Shown: piece after piece, positions 22,693 through 36,609 of the stretch
How the letters are laid out: every line of letters begins with the position of its first letter
How positions within the stretch are numbered: the first letter of the stretch is position 1
NCBI GenBank assembly: GCA_030390025.1
Contig: CM059446.1
Coordinates: forward strand, 55,986,001-56,050,000
Source of the DNA: Squalus acanthias
Lineage: Eukaryota
DNA: 64,000 nucleotides
Reading direction: 5' to 3'
Notes under the pieces: model-generated
What the model was told of the DNA's origin: nothing
The model's input: the letters and a program-made list of their open reading frames with translations, nothing else
Database searches by the model: none
Position numbers and translations under genes: made by a program

Positions 22693-24145
22693 TGGATATC
22701 TAGCCTGTTTAGAAGCTGGTTTGCTTGTAGTATTTTTTGTCTACTAGAAGTGTAAGGTATATTTGATTCAGTGCACCTGCAAAGGTTAAATAAGACTACG
22801 CCAACCTATAACGCGTCTTTCCAATCTTGGCGAGTGCATTTCGCTTGAGGCACCATCCCTTAAGATTCAGATAATAGACCCTACCCTATAGTGAGAGAAA
22901 CTCAATGTCACAGTCCTACCATAATTCTTCCTTTCCCAGAACTATGCAACTCCTCACCTCCCTCAATCTTTGGTACCTCCAGCAATCTACAGGCTTTTAA
23001 ATCCCAAACATGGCATCACCTATTAACTATTTTCAATAACCTTGTCTTTTCTTTTTTCAACGTTGATGGCGTCCTACATTATGTTCCCTGGCCCTTTACC
23101 TAGTACTCTCAATTTTTAAAAAATCCTGTGGTCTGATACTTCACTCCATTTCCACTTCATGATTCTATACATTTTGGAATAGTGTATTGATTTTGCAAAT
23201 GTTACACCACAGAAAGCAGCTAGCATTCAGACAGCTGCAAAAGCAAATAAGACACTTGAGTTTTAATAACCATTACAAGATGCTTCCAGAAAGGTTTACA
23301 TTTGAGATTTAAGCTGTGTTGTTTTACTATTCAGTTTTAGCAGAAGGTAACAATTTGTGGTCAAGAAACTATTTTTCTTAGCATAATGCTTCTGCACCTC
23401 TCAAACTGGATTGCAGAAGGCATTTAGAATCAAAAAATTCTGAGCTGCAAAACCAACACTACAGCCTGTTAAAACACAGACATAGAAATAAAGGGTTTTA
23501 ACTGATTCTAGTGTTTCTCCCCAAGAGATTTTAGACCGTCTTACTGGAGGACGACGACTGCTCCTCTGTCAATACTGCTCAATTTTTGTTCACGAGTACA
23601 ATCCCAGTGTGTCTATCTTGTGGGTCAGCGTCAAGAATACTGCAACACACAATGATGGAATGCAGGTCGAGGCCATAGTAAGCTCTTGGCCCCAATCATT
23701 GTGGGGCTAGGTACTTGCTCAAGGAGAGTGAGAAACTATAGGACCAACTGTTCCATTTAGTTTAGACCAACATTTTTACTGGTACTCTTTCACTTGCTGG
23801 TTAGAAATGAGGGCAAGCCTGGTTTGTAATAGCATTCCCTTTTTTTCCTATTTCCCACAACACCCATTTTTATGCTATAAGACCCACGTCCACTTGGAAA
23901 TGGATTGAGACAGCTCGACCATATTTCACATGCCAGGCTTATATATCCCATCAGTGTGATATGGATTTGAACCAAGAGGTGAAAGGAGTCTCCTTGACCA
24001 CGCCACTATCCAGATTCTGCTAAAACAAAGCTTTCTTGGATCACAGATAGTTTGGTACAAGAGGCCATTTGGCCCATTGTGCCATGTTGGAGCTATTCCT
24101 CTAATCCCTGCTCGTTCCCCATACCCTCGTAACAAAATTGCGTAC

Positions 24146-24276
24146 CATCTACACCATTAAAAGAGGAATTCACTTCCTGAACCTCCTTCTTCATTCTCAT
24201 CGGTGACCATGCTCCATCTTCCTTAAACTGAATTTCGTCACAGTCCGTGCAACAATTGAGGATTTCCATAAATAAT
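24146..24276 (-). CDS. PIAS1: PIAS1 coding exon 10
   Basis: LFMEILNCCTDCDEIQFKEDGAWSPMRMKKEVQEVNSSFNGVD(G); cag/gtacgc; 131 nt. Confidence 0.95.
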
Positions 24277-24414
24277 CTGTGTTTTTTTAAAAAAAAGCAA
24301 GAAATTACAGATTCATTAAAAAAAAGTCTACAAAACCATTCCTTGCAACTACTGTTAGTAAACATTTTAGAACGAAATAACTGTATAAAAGCCATTTGAG
24401 TGTTAACATTGCTT

Positions 24415-27125
24415 GGATGAGAAATGGCAGAGATATTAAATAATTACTTTGCTTCAGTATTTACCAGGGAGATAGAACAGGTGGAGATGACATCAGATGA
24501 TGAGATTAGTAATGAGCTAACTGCATTTAAAATAAAACGAGGCGATATACTAAATAAACTAATGAAACTCAGGATAAAACCCCTGGTCCGGACGGATTAC
24601 ATCCTGAGATTCTTTAAAAGAATCTCAGGAAGAAATAGCAGAGGCATTACTACACATATTTAGTAATTCGTTAGAAAAAGGTGTAGTGCCAGAGGACTGG
24701 CGGATAGCTAACGTAATACCTATATTTAAGAAGGGAGGTAGAACATGTCCAGGGAATTATAGACCAGTCAGCTTAACATCGGTGGTAGGAAAAATAATGG
24801 AAACCCTACTAAAAGGAGAAAATAGAACATCTAGAAACAAAAAATAATAAATAGTCAGCATGGATTTCAAAAGGGAAAGTCTTGCTTGACCAACCTAATT
24901 GAATTTTTTGAAGAGGTAACAGAGAATAGACAAGGGTAATGCAGTAGATGCAATTTATCTAGATTTTCAAAAGGCCTTCGATAAGATACCACATAATAGA
25001 CTAATGAATGTCAGGGAATGTGGAGTCAGGGGACAAGTAGCAGAATGGATAGCTAGCTGGCTTCAAGACAGAAAGCAGAGAGTAGGGGTAAAGGTTAACT
25101 ATTCAGAGTGGCAGAAGGTGGGAAGTGGTGTTCCACAAGGATCAGTGCTGGGACCACTGTTGTTCACAATTTAGACTTTGGAATCAAAACACAATTGCTG
25201 AATTTGCAGACGACACCAAATTGAGGGGTATAGCCAATACGGAGGAGGACTGCAACAAATTACAAGACATTAATAAACTTGCAGAATGGGCATGTAATTG
25301 GCAAATGAAATTCAACACAGATAAATGTGAGGTATAATATTTTGGTAAGAAAAATAGGGAGGTCACATATTACTTGGAAAATAAGAATCTAAATGGGGCA
25401 GAGGAGCAAAGGGATCTAGGAGTACAAATACACAAATCATAAAGTATTGACACAGGTTAACAAGGCCATAAAAAAGCAAACCAAGCATTAGGGTTTATTT
25501 CTAGAGGGATAGAATTTAAAAGTAGTGAAGTTATGTTAAACTTGTATCGAACCTTAGTTAGACCACACTTGGAGTACTGTGTGCAATTCTGGTCGCCATA
25601 TTATAAAAAGGATATAGAGGCACTGGAGAGGGTGCAGAGAAGATTTACAAGGATGATACCAAAAATGTGAGGGTACACCTATCAGGAAAGGATGATCAGG
25701 CTGGGTCTCTTTTCTCTTGAAAAGAGAAGGCTGAGGGGTGACCTAATAGAGGTCTTTAAAATCATGAAAGGGGTGCCACAGGGATCAGTGCTGGGGCCTC
25801 AACTATTTTCAATCTATATTAATGACTTGAACGAAGGGACCAAGTGTACTGTTGCCAAATTTGCTGATGATACAAAGATAGGTGGGAATGCAAGTTGTGA
25901 GGAGGACAGAGTCTGCAAAGGGATATCGATAGGTTAAGTAAGTGGGCAAGAATTTGGCAGATGGAGTATAATATAGGAAAATGTGAAGTTATCCACTTTG
26001 GTAGGAAGAATAGAAAAGAAAAATATTATTTAAATGGAGAAAGACTACAGAATGCGGCGGTACAGAGGGATTTGGGTGTCCTCGTACATGAAACACAAAA
26101 AGTTAACATGCAGGTGCAGCACGTAATTAGGAAGGCAAATGGAATGTTGGCCTTTATTTCAAGGGGGATAGAGTATCATAGTAGGGAAGTCTTGCTACAA
26201 CTGTACAGGGCGCTGGTGAGACTACACCTAAAGCACTGCGTACAGTTTTGGTCCCCTTACTTAAGGAGGGATATACTTGCATTGGAGGCAGTTCAGAGAA
26301 GGTTCACTAGGTTGATTCCTGGGATGGAAGGCTTGTCTTATGAGGAAAGGTTGAGCCGATACTCATTGGAGTTTAGAAGAATGAGAGGTGATCTTATTGA
26401 AACATAAGATTTTGAGGGGGTTGGACAGGGTAGATGCTGAGAGGATGTTTCCCCTCGTGGGGGAATCTAGAACGAGGGGGCACAGTCTCAGAATAAGGGG
26501 TCGCCCATTTAAGACGGAGATGAGGAGGAATTTCTTCTCTGAGGGTCGTGAATCTTTGGAATTCTTTACCCCAGAGAGCTGTGGAAGCTGAGTCATTGAA
26601 TATATTCAAGGCTGAGATAGACAGATTTTTGAGCAACAGGGGAGTCAAGGGTTATGGGGAACAGGCAGGAAAGTGGAGTTGAGGCCAAAATCGGATCAGC
26701 CATGATCTCATTAAATGGCGGAGCAGGCTTGAGGGGCCGAATGGCCTGCTCCTGCTCCTATTTCTTATGTTCTTATGTTTTGATAGAGTAGATACAGAGA
26801 GTGTTTCCACTTGTGGGGAAGTGCAAAACTAGAGGCCATCAATATAAGATAGTCACCAAGAAATCAAATAGGGAATTCAGGACAAACTTCTTTACCCAGA
26901 GAGTGGCGAGAATATGGAACTCACTACCACAGAGAGTGGGTGAAGCAAATAGTATAGATGCATTTAAGGGGAGGCTAGACAAGCATATGAGGGAGAAGGG
27001 AATAGAGGGTTATGCTGATAGGGTTAGATGAGGAAAAACAGGAGGAGGCTCGAGTGGAGCATAAACACCGGCACAGACTGGTTGGGCCGAATGGCCTGTT
27101 TCTGTGCCGTATATCCTATGTATTC
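24415..27125 (+). mobile_element. CR1-like LINE (family A), split by a second CR1
   Basis: Peptides [37 protein letters not shown]|FDRVD, KTRGHQYKIV...FFTQRVARIWNSLP. Confidence 0.9.
25771..26779 (+). mobile_element. CR1-like LINE (family B) nested in family A
   Basis: Starts at [20 protein letters not shown]...FADDTKIGG; ends with the HE1-shared tail and ttcttatgttcttatg. Confidence 0.9.
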
Positions 27126-28044
27126 CTAGGTAAGTTCTAAGAATTCACCAACGTGCAAAAATGCAAATACCCTAAACAAGGTCTCCAAGCTGGAAGAGAG
27201 AATATTTCTGAGGACCATTTGATGCCAGTTGGGCTTTTTTGCTCCTTGCATCTCTAATCTCCGTGCATTCAGATGGTGTAGTCAGGCTTTGATTATTAAA
27301 TCTTCAAAGGATTTGTATGAACAGAAAACTATACAATACAGCATTTCAGTCATAAACAGTCAGCATCTACAAGATGTACAACTGATAGAACATTGACTTG
27401 GACACAGTAATATTACCAAAATACCTCAGTTACTTAAACATGTTTTATTACATCAGGCATACATATGCCCATCTATAAACCATACTGCAGCCAACTGCAA
27501 TCTAGAAAGTTCTTTCTGTACTTGAACTCTTAGAGCTCCTTAAATTTTAAATATACAGAATCCCCAATGGCCTAGAAGTAGGCAAATGTCTCATATGGCA
27601 TAGCAATAAGCCATACAGACTAGAAAGATCTCTAGTTAAATTCCCAATTTGCAACAAGTTAGTTTGTGTCAGCCAGGCCACCATGCACAAGGGAGGGGAG
27701 ACAATAATGCCCTCTTCTGACTGATATCCTGTGATGTATGCTGAAAATGCATGATTCCAGACAAGGAAAGGATCAGGCCCCGTCGTAATGCCCTTCATCG
27801 TTGAACATCCCATTGACACTCATCACCTTGGATCATACGGAACGGGCTACTGTCACTTCAGGAATCAAATCCCAAGATGAATTGGCAAATAACACCGAGC
27901 TAGCCTCTACATTAAAGGTGCGATGGGCGAGAAGAAAATAGTGATGCCATTTCAAATGTGAACACAACTGTTTTAACTGTAATGCAGCAGAAACCAGAGG
28001 TTAAAAACGACCCCATGCTCATAACACAACTCAGTACAGACAGG

Positions 28045-28225
28045 CAATAGAAACAGAAAATGCTGTAAACACACAGCAGGTCAGTGTTCAAAGGCATTGA
28101 ATTCAGATTCTTTAAATCAAAATATTAGCCCATCTTCTGCCAAATGCTGACTCTGCTACATCTGTAGCATTGTCTGGTTTTATTTCAGAATTTTCAGCAT
28201 TCTAACTTTTCTTATCTGTTTCAGC
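28045..28225. mobile_element. Degraded Penelope-like inverted end pair
   Basis: aaacagaaaatgctgtaaacacacagcaggtcag ... tagcattgtctggttttatttcag. Confidence 0.5.
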
Positions 28226-30844
28226 AGTCGTGACTAATTTTGTCTCCTGCTCCTCCACCCCAAGGGCCAAGTTCTAAAATTTAAGCGCCAACGGTGTTGA
28301 TCCAAGCTGCCAACAAAAGATACTCTTCCAAGTAGGATAATGCAAAACACAACAAAGCAGATGAGCAGTATAGCAGGTGTTAAAGTAAGAGGGCATCAGT
28401 GCATCGTACCCAATTAATTTCATCGCATTTTGATATTAGCACTAACTTGCTGTAAAATACCTTCCACTGTCACAAGCAGTTAAGCAGGTTTTAAAACTAT
28501 TACAAAAGCAATGCTGCTGTTATTTGGCGATTTATCTTTCCTGCATATTGCCAATGCACAACTGAATCGATCTTTGAAATTAATACAGATGTTCTTTATT
28601 TGGGGGAGAGGGTAACGTGGAGGGGGGGGAGGAAAGGAAGAAGAAATATCTTTTACTTCTGCAACGTAAGTGGTTTAAGTGCACTGATTTATATCTCCCA
28701 CTGGAATAGCCAGTCCCTCCAATTAAAATTTTATTTTATTAATGTAATCCACCTCTGCCTATTTTCTTTATAGCTGGCTCCATATAGATTGCATAATTTT
28801 GTGACACTATTTTATAAATCTCGAGGTCACAATGCAAATCACTCCACAGGGTCCTTTGCCTTGTGGCTCAGGCAATAGCATAAACAAATGAGGCGAGAGG
28901 CCACCTTTGGGAAGGGGTATTCCCTGGTGCCTCCAGCAAATAAATACCTGCCAGGATACCCAAAGTGCCACCACTTTTGGATTGAGCTGTAGGAAAGCAG
29001 AGTTCTCCTCATCACTGGCCTGTACTGATATCCCCCAACATTGGGGAAGGTCTTGGGTGAACAGGAACATTAAGGATGCATTTTTGCACATAATAGGTTT
29101 AAAATCACACTTGCGCAACCTGTGCACATGTGAATCTTGCATATGCATAGCTATGAAATGCTCCTGAATTTGCCACATAGTACAAGTGGCCAGGAATGTG
29201 AACAGATGTTCATGTCAGGATTTCATGCCAACCTTGGGTGGTTGCAGAGAAGCAAGCAGTTATGCAGCAACAGTTCAAAATGGTGTGTGTTCTTGCTATA
29301 GTTAGGAGGATGGTGGCAATGCAATCACACATTTTGCATCGAGTTGTGTTGCTTTTCATGCCACTTGGGAAAAGGTCTTGGTACCCATCTACCTACTTCT
29401 CCCAATGCTCTGGCCAACATTCACCCCTCGACCAACATCAGCAAAAACAGACTAACTGGCCATTCATCTCATTGCTGGATGCGGGTTCTTGCCGTGCACA
29501 AATTGGCCACCATATTTGCCTACATAACAGTGACTTCACTTCAAAAGTAATTAATTAGCTGTGATGCACTTTGGGATGTCACGAAACACGCTATATAAAT
29601 GCAAGTCAATTTTTCTTCAAAATAGAGGCTGAGGGAAGGTAATCAGGTTCTTTCTGGGATCAAAATGACAGGACTGTGATGAGAGATTGGAACCAAGTCG
29701 ATCCCTCAGTGGCAGCCTTGGTAATCCGACAGAGATCGGGCAAGTCCGTAGTGCCCCAGGGTGCTTGTTGATGCTCGAACAGCCTGCCTTATTCATTGCC
29801 CTAGAGGGGCAGACCGGTCACCGGTGGCTGGGATTCTTCCCCACTCAGCTCCAAATAACTCAGCAAGACAATGCCATACAGGTCAGGCAATGAGCTGGAT
29901 CGCGGCACAAAGCTTACCAGTGCCCTATGCTGGTAGAATGCAGTTTTAGCTGGTTGAACTCCAGCAATATCCTTGGGAGCAAGTTGGTAAAAGCTGAGTT
30001 CTTGATGTATGGGGAAGTGGGGTGTGTCCTTTCAGGAAGAGAGTGCGCTCCCAGTCCCTCCATACTCTGGAAATGGAAACTCCATTTATGTGGATTGCTC
30101 AGTAATTTGGTTTGAAGTCTCAAACTTGGTAATGGGTTTCCATGCATCTCTGACTTGACTGACCAAGAAAAATAAAACGAGTTATGGAACCAGTGCCACT
30201 TACTGTATCTTTTATTAACCATCAGGCACTGATGCATACCTAACACTCCCACCCCCTTGAATTTTCTCCCCATTTCTTTAAGATTGATGGTCCTCAGAAG
30301 ATCACAAGGTGTTCCATGGACACTCACACCCCTCTGGTATCTATCGTTAACATTCCATTTACATCTAATGGAAGTCATTACGACCATCCCTAGTGCCAGA
30401 AAAGTCACTGTGCTCGGCTGAAGGCTTGGTCCACCTGTCAGAACGAAATGGCAGCATGTGGCTTCCAATGTATCTGTCAAAGAAGGCATTTTACCCCCAA
30501 CAGTGCGAGGAAATCACCTCGATGTGACATTCCGTGCTGCCACAAAGAGGAACGCAATGCAAATATAGCATAAAAGCTGCTATTCATTGGTGCTGGAGCT
30601 GGGGGCAAATGTTGCTCAAGTGGAGATCTCTAACCTTCATGTGCTTTTTTCATCAACAGGAAGAGGCCCAGATTTTCCAGGCCTCAGGATCTATGAAAAG
30701 TCTCATCCCAGAAATCAACAGAAGCAAAGGGTTTGCTCCTTCGTAGTGTCAGCGGTGGGAGTATCGTGCACTTGCACCCTATAATCTGAAGAGCACTGTG
30801 ACCACTCAATATATAGTTATATGATAGCATGAACTGGGTGCTGT

Positions 30845-31325
30845 AAGAATATTGGCCTTGGAAGGGATACAGTTCAGATTCACCAGAATGCAGGGCTTAA
30901 AAGGTTAAATTGCAATGACTGGCTTCTTAAACTTGGCTTATATTCCCTCGAGTTTAGAAAGTTGAGGACCAATTTAAAATCGAGGTATTTAAAATGATTA
31001 AGGTATTCGTTAGGGTAGATACAGAGAAACTATTTCCTCTGGCGGGGGAATCCAGAACAAGACTAGGTCATTTAGGAATGAAATCCGGAAGCATTTTTTT
31101 CCCCACACAAAGGGCAGTGAGAATATGGAACTCTCTCCCCCAAAAGGCTGTGGATGCTGGGTCAATTGAAATTTTCAATACTGAGATCAATAGATTTTTG
31201 TTAGGTAAGGGTATCAAGGGATATGGAACAAAGACAAGTAAATGGAGTTGAGGGCAGATCAGCCACGATCTAACTGAGTGTCAGAACAGGGCCGAGGGGC
31301 AGAATTACCTACTCTTATTCCAATG
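30845..31325 (+). mobile_element. Degraded CR1 3' fragment
   Basis: Peptide RVDTEKLFPLAGESRTR...TQRAVRIWNSLPQKAVDA. Confidence 0.8.
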
Positions 31326-31477
31326 TTTCAAAGACCTCTTGTGGTTTGCACTGGATTACGTGCTCCATGTATGCTTCTCCTGTCTTCCGGAAGGTGGACC
31401 AAAAAGCACTCTAGTGAGACAAGTCCCGTTGCAAAGCAAGAAACTGGTTCACTTCACACAAAATATATGAAGACGAC

Positions 31478-31950
31478 AACTTGCATTTCGAAAGCGCCTT
31501 TCATGACCTCCAAGACGTCCCAAAGCGCTTTACAGCCAATGAAGTACTTTTTTTTTTTTTTGCAGTGTAGACACTGTTGTAATGTAGGAAATGCGGCAGC
31601 CAACTTGCACACAGCAAGCGCCCACAAATAGCAATGTGATAATGACCAGATAATCTGTTTTATTAATGATGTTGATTGAGGGATAAATATTGGCCAGGGC
31701 ACCGGGGATAACTCCCCTGCTCTTCTTCAAAATAGTGCCATGGGATCTTTTACGTCCACCTGAGAGAGCAGACGGGGCCTCGGTTTAACATCGCATCCAA
31801 AAGACGGCACCTCCGACAGTGCAGCGCTCCCTCAGTAATGCACTGAAGTGTCAGCCTAGATTTTTGTACTCAAGTCTCTGGAGTGGGACTTGAGCCCACA
31901 ACCTTCTGACTCAGAGGCGAGAGTACCAACTGAGCCACAGCTGACACACA
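31478..31950 (-). mobile_element. Deu-domain SINE, full length and well preserved
   Basis: Minus strand: TGGCTCAGTTGG A box, GGCTCAAGTCCC B-box-like, Deu domain, L2-type tail. Confidence 0.8.
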
Positions 31951-34900
31951 CATGGTTGAACAGAATCCAGTTTTCAGTGAAATTTAATCTACTGCCAATT
32001 ATGTCAAAAATATTAAAAATTGTAAATTTAACGAATGTTCTACGAACGATACGGTCCTAGCTTTACTTTACAAGTCAACATTCGCTGAACTGCCAGGCTC
32101 TAATTTTAGAAAAAAAGTTTTTTTTATTTCTGAGTGTTTCAAATTCAAAGCTAAATAGACTGTCTTATTCAGAGACATGGACAGACACAGCTCACCTCTG
32201 ACCCTGCTCCTGCTCTGTGCTGAGGATTGGCTCATCAAGCTGACAATCAAAACTACCATCTTAGTAATGGCAACACATTTTCTGGCCACCTAGGATTCCT
32301 GCTGTGTTCAATAGATGGAGGCCATTATAACATTACATCAAATTACTCTCTGGAATATGCCAACAAACACTGATGCCTCTAACTGATATAGTATACAAAA
32401 AAAAACACTTGTGTTAGCTATTTTGTCCACTCACAGCTAATGGATCCAATTCATACCCCAGATAGGAATTACGCACTTGTGGACTGAATTTAACTTAAAA
32501 GCATCATAATATAAAATTAAACCAAAATCCCTCCTAGGCCTAATAGACAAAAATCTCAGAATGTGACAATAAGCCAAGATGGGAATGACCTTCCTCATCC
32601 ATATCCACCTTGTGAAGAAGAAAAAAAATAATAACCTTAAGGCAATCCCCAACAGGCAATGCTTAGAAAACGAACTTGAGAAAATGACAAAATGTAGAGC
32701 TGAATGGAATCAGAGCTGTATACTAACCACCAAATTATGGATACAAGTTTAATCATTCTCATTTGCTTTTGTTGCATTAAATTACATTCACACTGTGCAA
32801 ACACAATTATGACAGTTTGGAAGCAGACAGCGGTCATCCAAAATATACACAAATCAGAAAAACAATGCACTAAGATTCTACTGATCTCTCAGAATCTAAA
32901 AGTACTTTCTGCTGCAGGCAGTTAATTTGGATAATGCAGACCACATGAGCAGACTGGAAACCCAATGTTTGAGTTATATATTTGCAACAATTACCACTAA
33001 GATTTTATTTTGCAAAAAGCTGGTTTTCACCAGGGCGTACCAAGTTCCCAGTCTGACATTCCCTCTCTTCCACTCCCTTTTGATTCATTTTTTAAAAAAA
33101 AGTACCCTTCACCACACATCTGGTCCTGGTACTATCAAAACTCACTACAAAACTGGGAAGACATGTGGGAGAGGAATGTCTGGGACTTACTGAGAGTCTG
33201 TACCCGTGACCTTTAGACTTTTCGTATCAACACCCCGCCTGGGATCAGTAAACTATGCGCATGCTTCACTACATCGTAACCTCACTACAGTGGAACATAA
33301 GAAACCATCTTTACAAATCCCCATTTCTGTGCTGTCCTCCAACTATAAGAGGTCAGGGGCTATGTCACTCTGTACTGACTAGTCAGTAACAGCACTTTTC
33401 TCAACTGGATGGCGCTGCAGACTTTTTATTCCCCTCTGCTAGAGATTTGGGGGGACGTGGGCAACCAATGGCTTGGTTTAAACAAGCGAGTTTCTCATCC
33501 ACTAATCTGGCACATCACCGATTTTTATTTTTAATGTGAACTGTTGACTCTCGGTTTTATAGCCTGCATACCCCACAGCTATTTAGTCTTAAAAATAGTC
33601 TCGTCTTCCCCCTCCCACCCCCTTGACATATTTTCTTCTCTCCTGAAGGAGCTGACTCATGTTGAGGCACAGTTCCCACCTGGGGCACCAAATCTCTGGA
33701 ACCTCAGCCAAGTGGCCATTTTTATGTAACTAAAGGACAAATTTAAATGAGTGAAAATTGTTTTAAAAAAGCTATCAGATAATCTTACAGTCTCGATGCC
33801 AGTTGTAACTTTCCCCAAAGCCAGGCAACTGGATAAAGCAAAGCAGTGACACTTCAAACACACCGCTGATTAAAATAAAATCCACTAGCGAGCTTGAGAG
33901 AAACTGTTCCTAAATAAAAGGCCGCATAAAAACGCAATTATTTTCTCATTCCACCCCCCTTCCAACCCCAGGAGTGTGATGGGTAAATTTTTTGCAAAAT
34001 AATTCCTCATTTGACAAACCAACTTGTTACTTAGACTTTAAAACTAGAGGATATTGTTCCTGAAGCAGTGTAACAGCAGTGTAACAATAGATCTTTGGAT
34101 ATAGATGAGGAGTTAGTTAGAGGGGGAGGGGAAAAAGAGAGGGCGTAGGTGCAAGAGGCCACAAATAGAAACCATGAGAAAGCAGGGGGAGGATTAAAAA
34201 TGCAAACTGGAGTGGGACGGATAAACACACAAACATCACTCACGCTGATAAGCTGCTTAAGTTTTCAGCTCAAAGCTGAAAAAGAAATGTTCCCTTTTTC
34301 CCCCCCACCCCTCTCCCCCAGTGCAATTTTCACCCTGTTTCTTTATGTTAATTTGCTCCCCATCTCTCCTGGAGACACCAACTCTTGCGCAGTTGCCGGC
34401 AGCCCACCCGTATCTGGCCATTATTCGTGCGAGATTGCACGCAGCAAAGACTCACAGGAACCGTGGGTAGTATCACAGCCAAGCCTGACTGTTTTCAACC
34501 AATGTCAACAGACTTACTTTCCAGTAGGTCACTATTTAACAGTTTGGAGTGGGAGTTCTGGTTGATTTTTCCCCCTCCCTGACCCAGGAGCGGAGGGCAT
34601 TTGCAGCAGCGCAACCACTACCATCAGCTAACAGCACAGCAGAATAGGATCTGGGAGCTTCTGGTCTCTGTCTCAGTGTTATGCGTGCAGTGCATTTACT
34701 AGCTAGGCTAGCAGGCAGCACTTCATCCTCACTGTTAACCACATCATGTGAAATACCGCATTTTTATATAGTCACTCAAATCTTGTTTGTAAAGGCAAGT
34801 AGTTTCTTCTCAACAAAAAAAGGCAACAATTTTCATTTTAAGGCCATAGAGAAAATATGCACAGACTCCGTTTAATCCAAGTACAGTACCTACCAGCACA

Positions 34901-35399
34901 GGTAACACAATGGGTAGAAAATTAGGAAAAACGAAAGTTACAAACTGTACTATACAAAACATCACCAATTTTGACTTCTGGCATTATATACAAGATAAAC
35001 TCTGCTGCCAGAGAAATTATCTAAAATATAGAAATATGTTCAAACTTACCATATAATTGATGGGGGCACCTGAACAAATCACTTCTATTTTAATGATGTG
35101 TTAATAATACAAATATTTATAAGATTTCTCAGAATAAATTTAACACAATTTTATTTTAAAATGCAAGTAAAAGGATTACCTCATCTTCCATGTAGACCTA
35201 CATCCCCACCCCCCACGGTATTCAATTTAGCTGTTCAACACAGACATGAAACAGTTTTTCACTTGAGGGTGCATGCAGAACAGAAATAGCTCAAAAATCA
35301 CATCTTACAATCAAAAACACCATTCAAACCAAGGTGACAAGCAGAGAGAGCAAAAGCATAATATTTCCTTTGATTGAAGTTCCAACATCATTTGCTTAC

Positions 35400-35560
35400 C
35401 CATCAATAATTAGATGTTCATAAGGACCCTTCTTATCACACACAGGACAAACCCACGTAGGCTTTTTCTCATTCATCTGAATGTAAAGCGTTGCATCAAA
35501 GCACTGGAGATGCGAGCAGGTTATTGCACGACATGGGATCGTCAACCGCATTTTGCCCAG
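35400..35560 (-). CDS. PIAS1: PIAS1 coding exon 9 (SP-RING / zf-MIZ core)
   Basis: [53 protein letters not shown](G); cag/gtaagc; 161 nt. Confidence 0.97.
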
Positions 35561-36229
35561 CTGGCAACAAAAACACACGGGATCTTGGTCAAATTATCTG
35601 GATTACAAATACAATCACTCATCACCTTTCTTTTAAACAAACACTGAACTGCAGCTTCACTGATGTGAGGCGCCGTGAAATGGACACATTTACTATTTTA
35701 CTCGTGCTTTGACAATGAGCGAGCAAGAAACAGCTCGTCTGAAGATTGAGAAGCCTTTTAAGTTATTAGCAAAAAAACCACAAGAGAAGGCTTCTATTTC
35801 TAAAGGTAACAGAAGGCTGTCATTTATAAATCCCCAATGCTGATGCATGATAATCTTAAGGCCCCACCCAAAATTGCCAGCCGATTTTTCAGGCGCTGAC
35901 TCATCATCCGTGTATTCACATTTCCCTTTGCATATGAAAGATAATTATTTCGTAAACTCAAAGCTAGCCATCTATGGTTTCCATGATGTATATTAGCCAA
36001 ATGCAGACACATTGGGGGCATCTCCACATTCCTTCAAGCGAAAGTTAATCCATCAGCAGTAGGTGGATAAATCTGAGATGTCGATGTAGATGGTCAGAAC
36101 ATGTCGTGAGTGGGCCCCACATTACATATTTATATTGACATACTTACTTGAACTCAAATTCTAGTTGCAGAATTCAGTCTTCAATTTCTCCAAGGAAATT
36201 TCCTGCTAGTCATGTTTAGCCATATTTTT

Positions 36230-36395
36230 ACATAGAATTTACAGCACAGAAACAGGCCATTTGGCCCAACTGGTCTGTGCTGGGGTTTATGCTCCACACG
36301 AGCATCCTCCCACCCTACTTTATCTAACTCTAATCAGCATAACAGTTTATTCCTTTCTTCCTCATGTACTTGTCTAGCCTCCCCTTAAATGCATT
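36230..36395 (-). mobile_element. CR1 family A 3' tail
   Basis: Reverse complement of about 26960-27120 (gcacagaaacaggccatt(t/c)ggcccaac...ttatgctccac). Confidence 0.75.
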
Positions 36396-36609
36396 TTTCC
36401 ATTTTATTTTAAACTGTCCCAAGAATGGATGTAATATTTATTTGAAGTAAACCCATTAGGGACCTGTCGTTTCCAACAAAGCAAAATCAGGAATCACCAA
36501 CTGTAGATGGCACACAAATGGGGTCAATGACTGCCACTGTTTGGGTACTTCATTTTCTCCAAAAACTTCTAATGTCTCTTGTGCAAACTCTTGAATTCTA
36601 TTTATTTTG

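Noticed and set aside
19061-26648. Functional reverse transcriptase genes
   Set aside because: All CR1 copies are 5'-truncated with frameshifts and stops.
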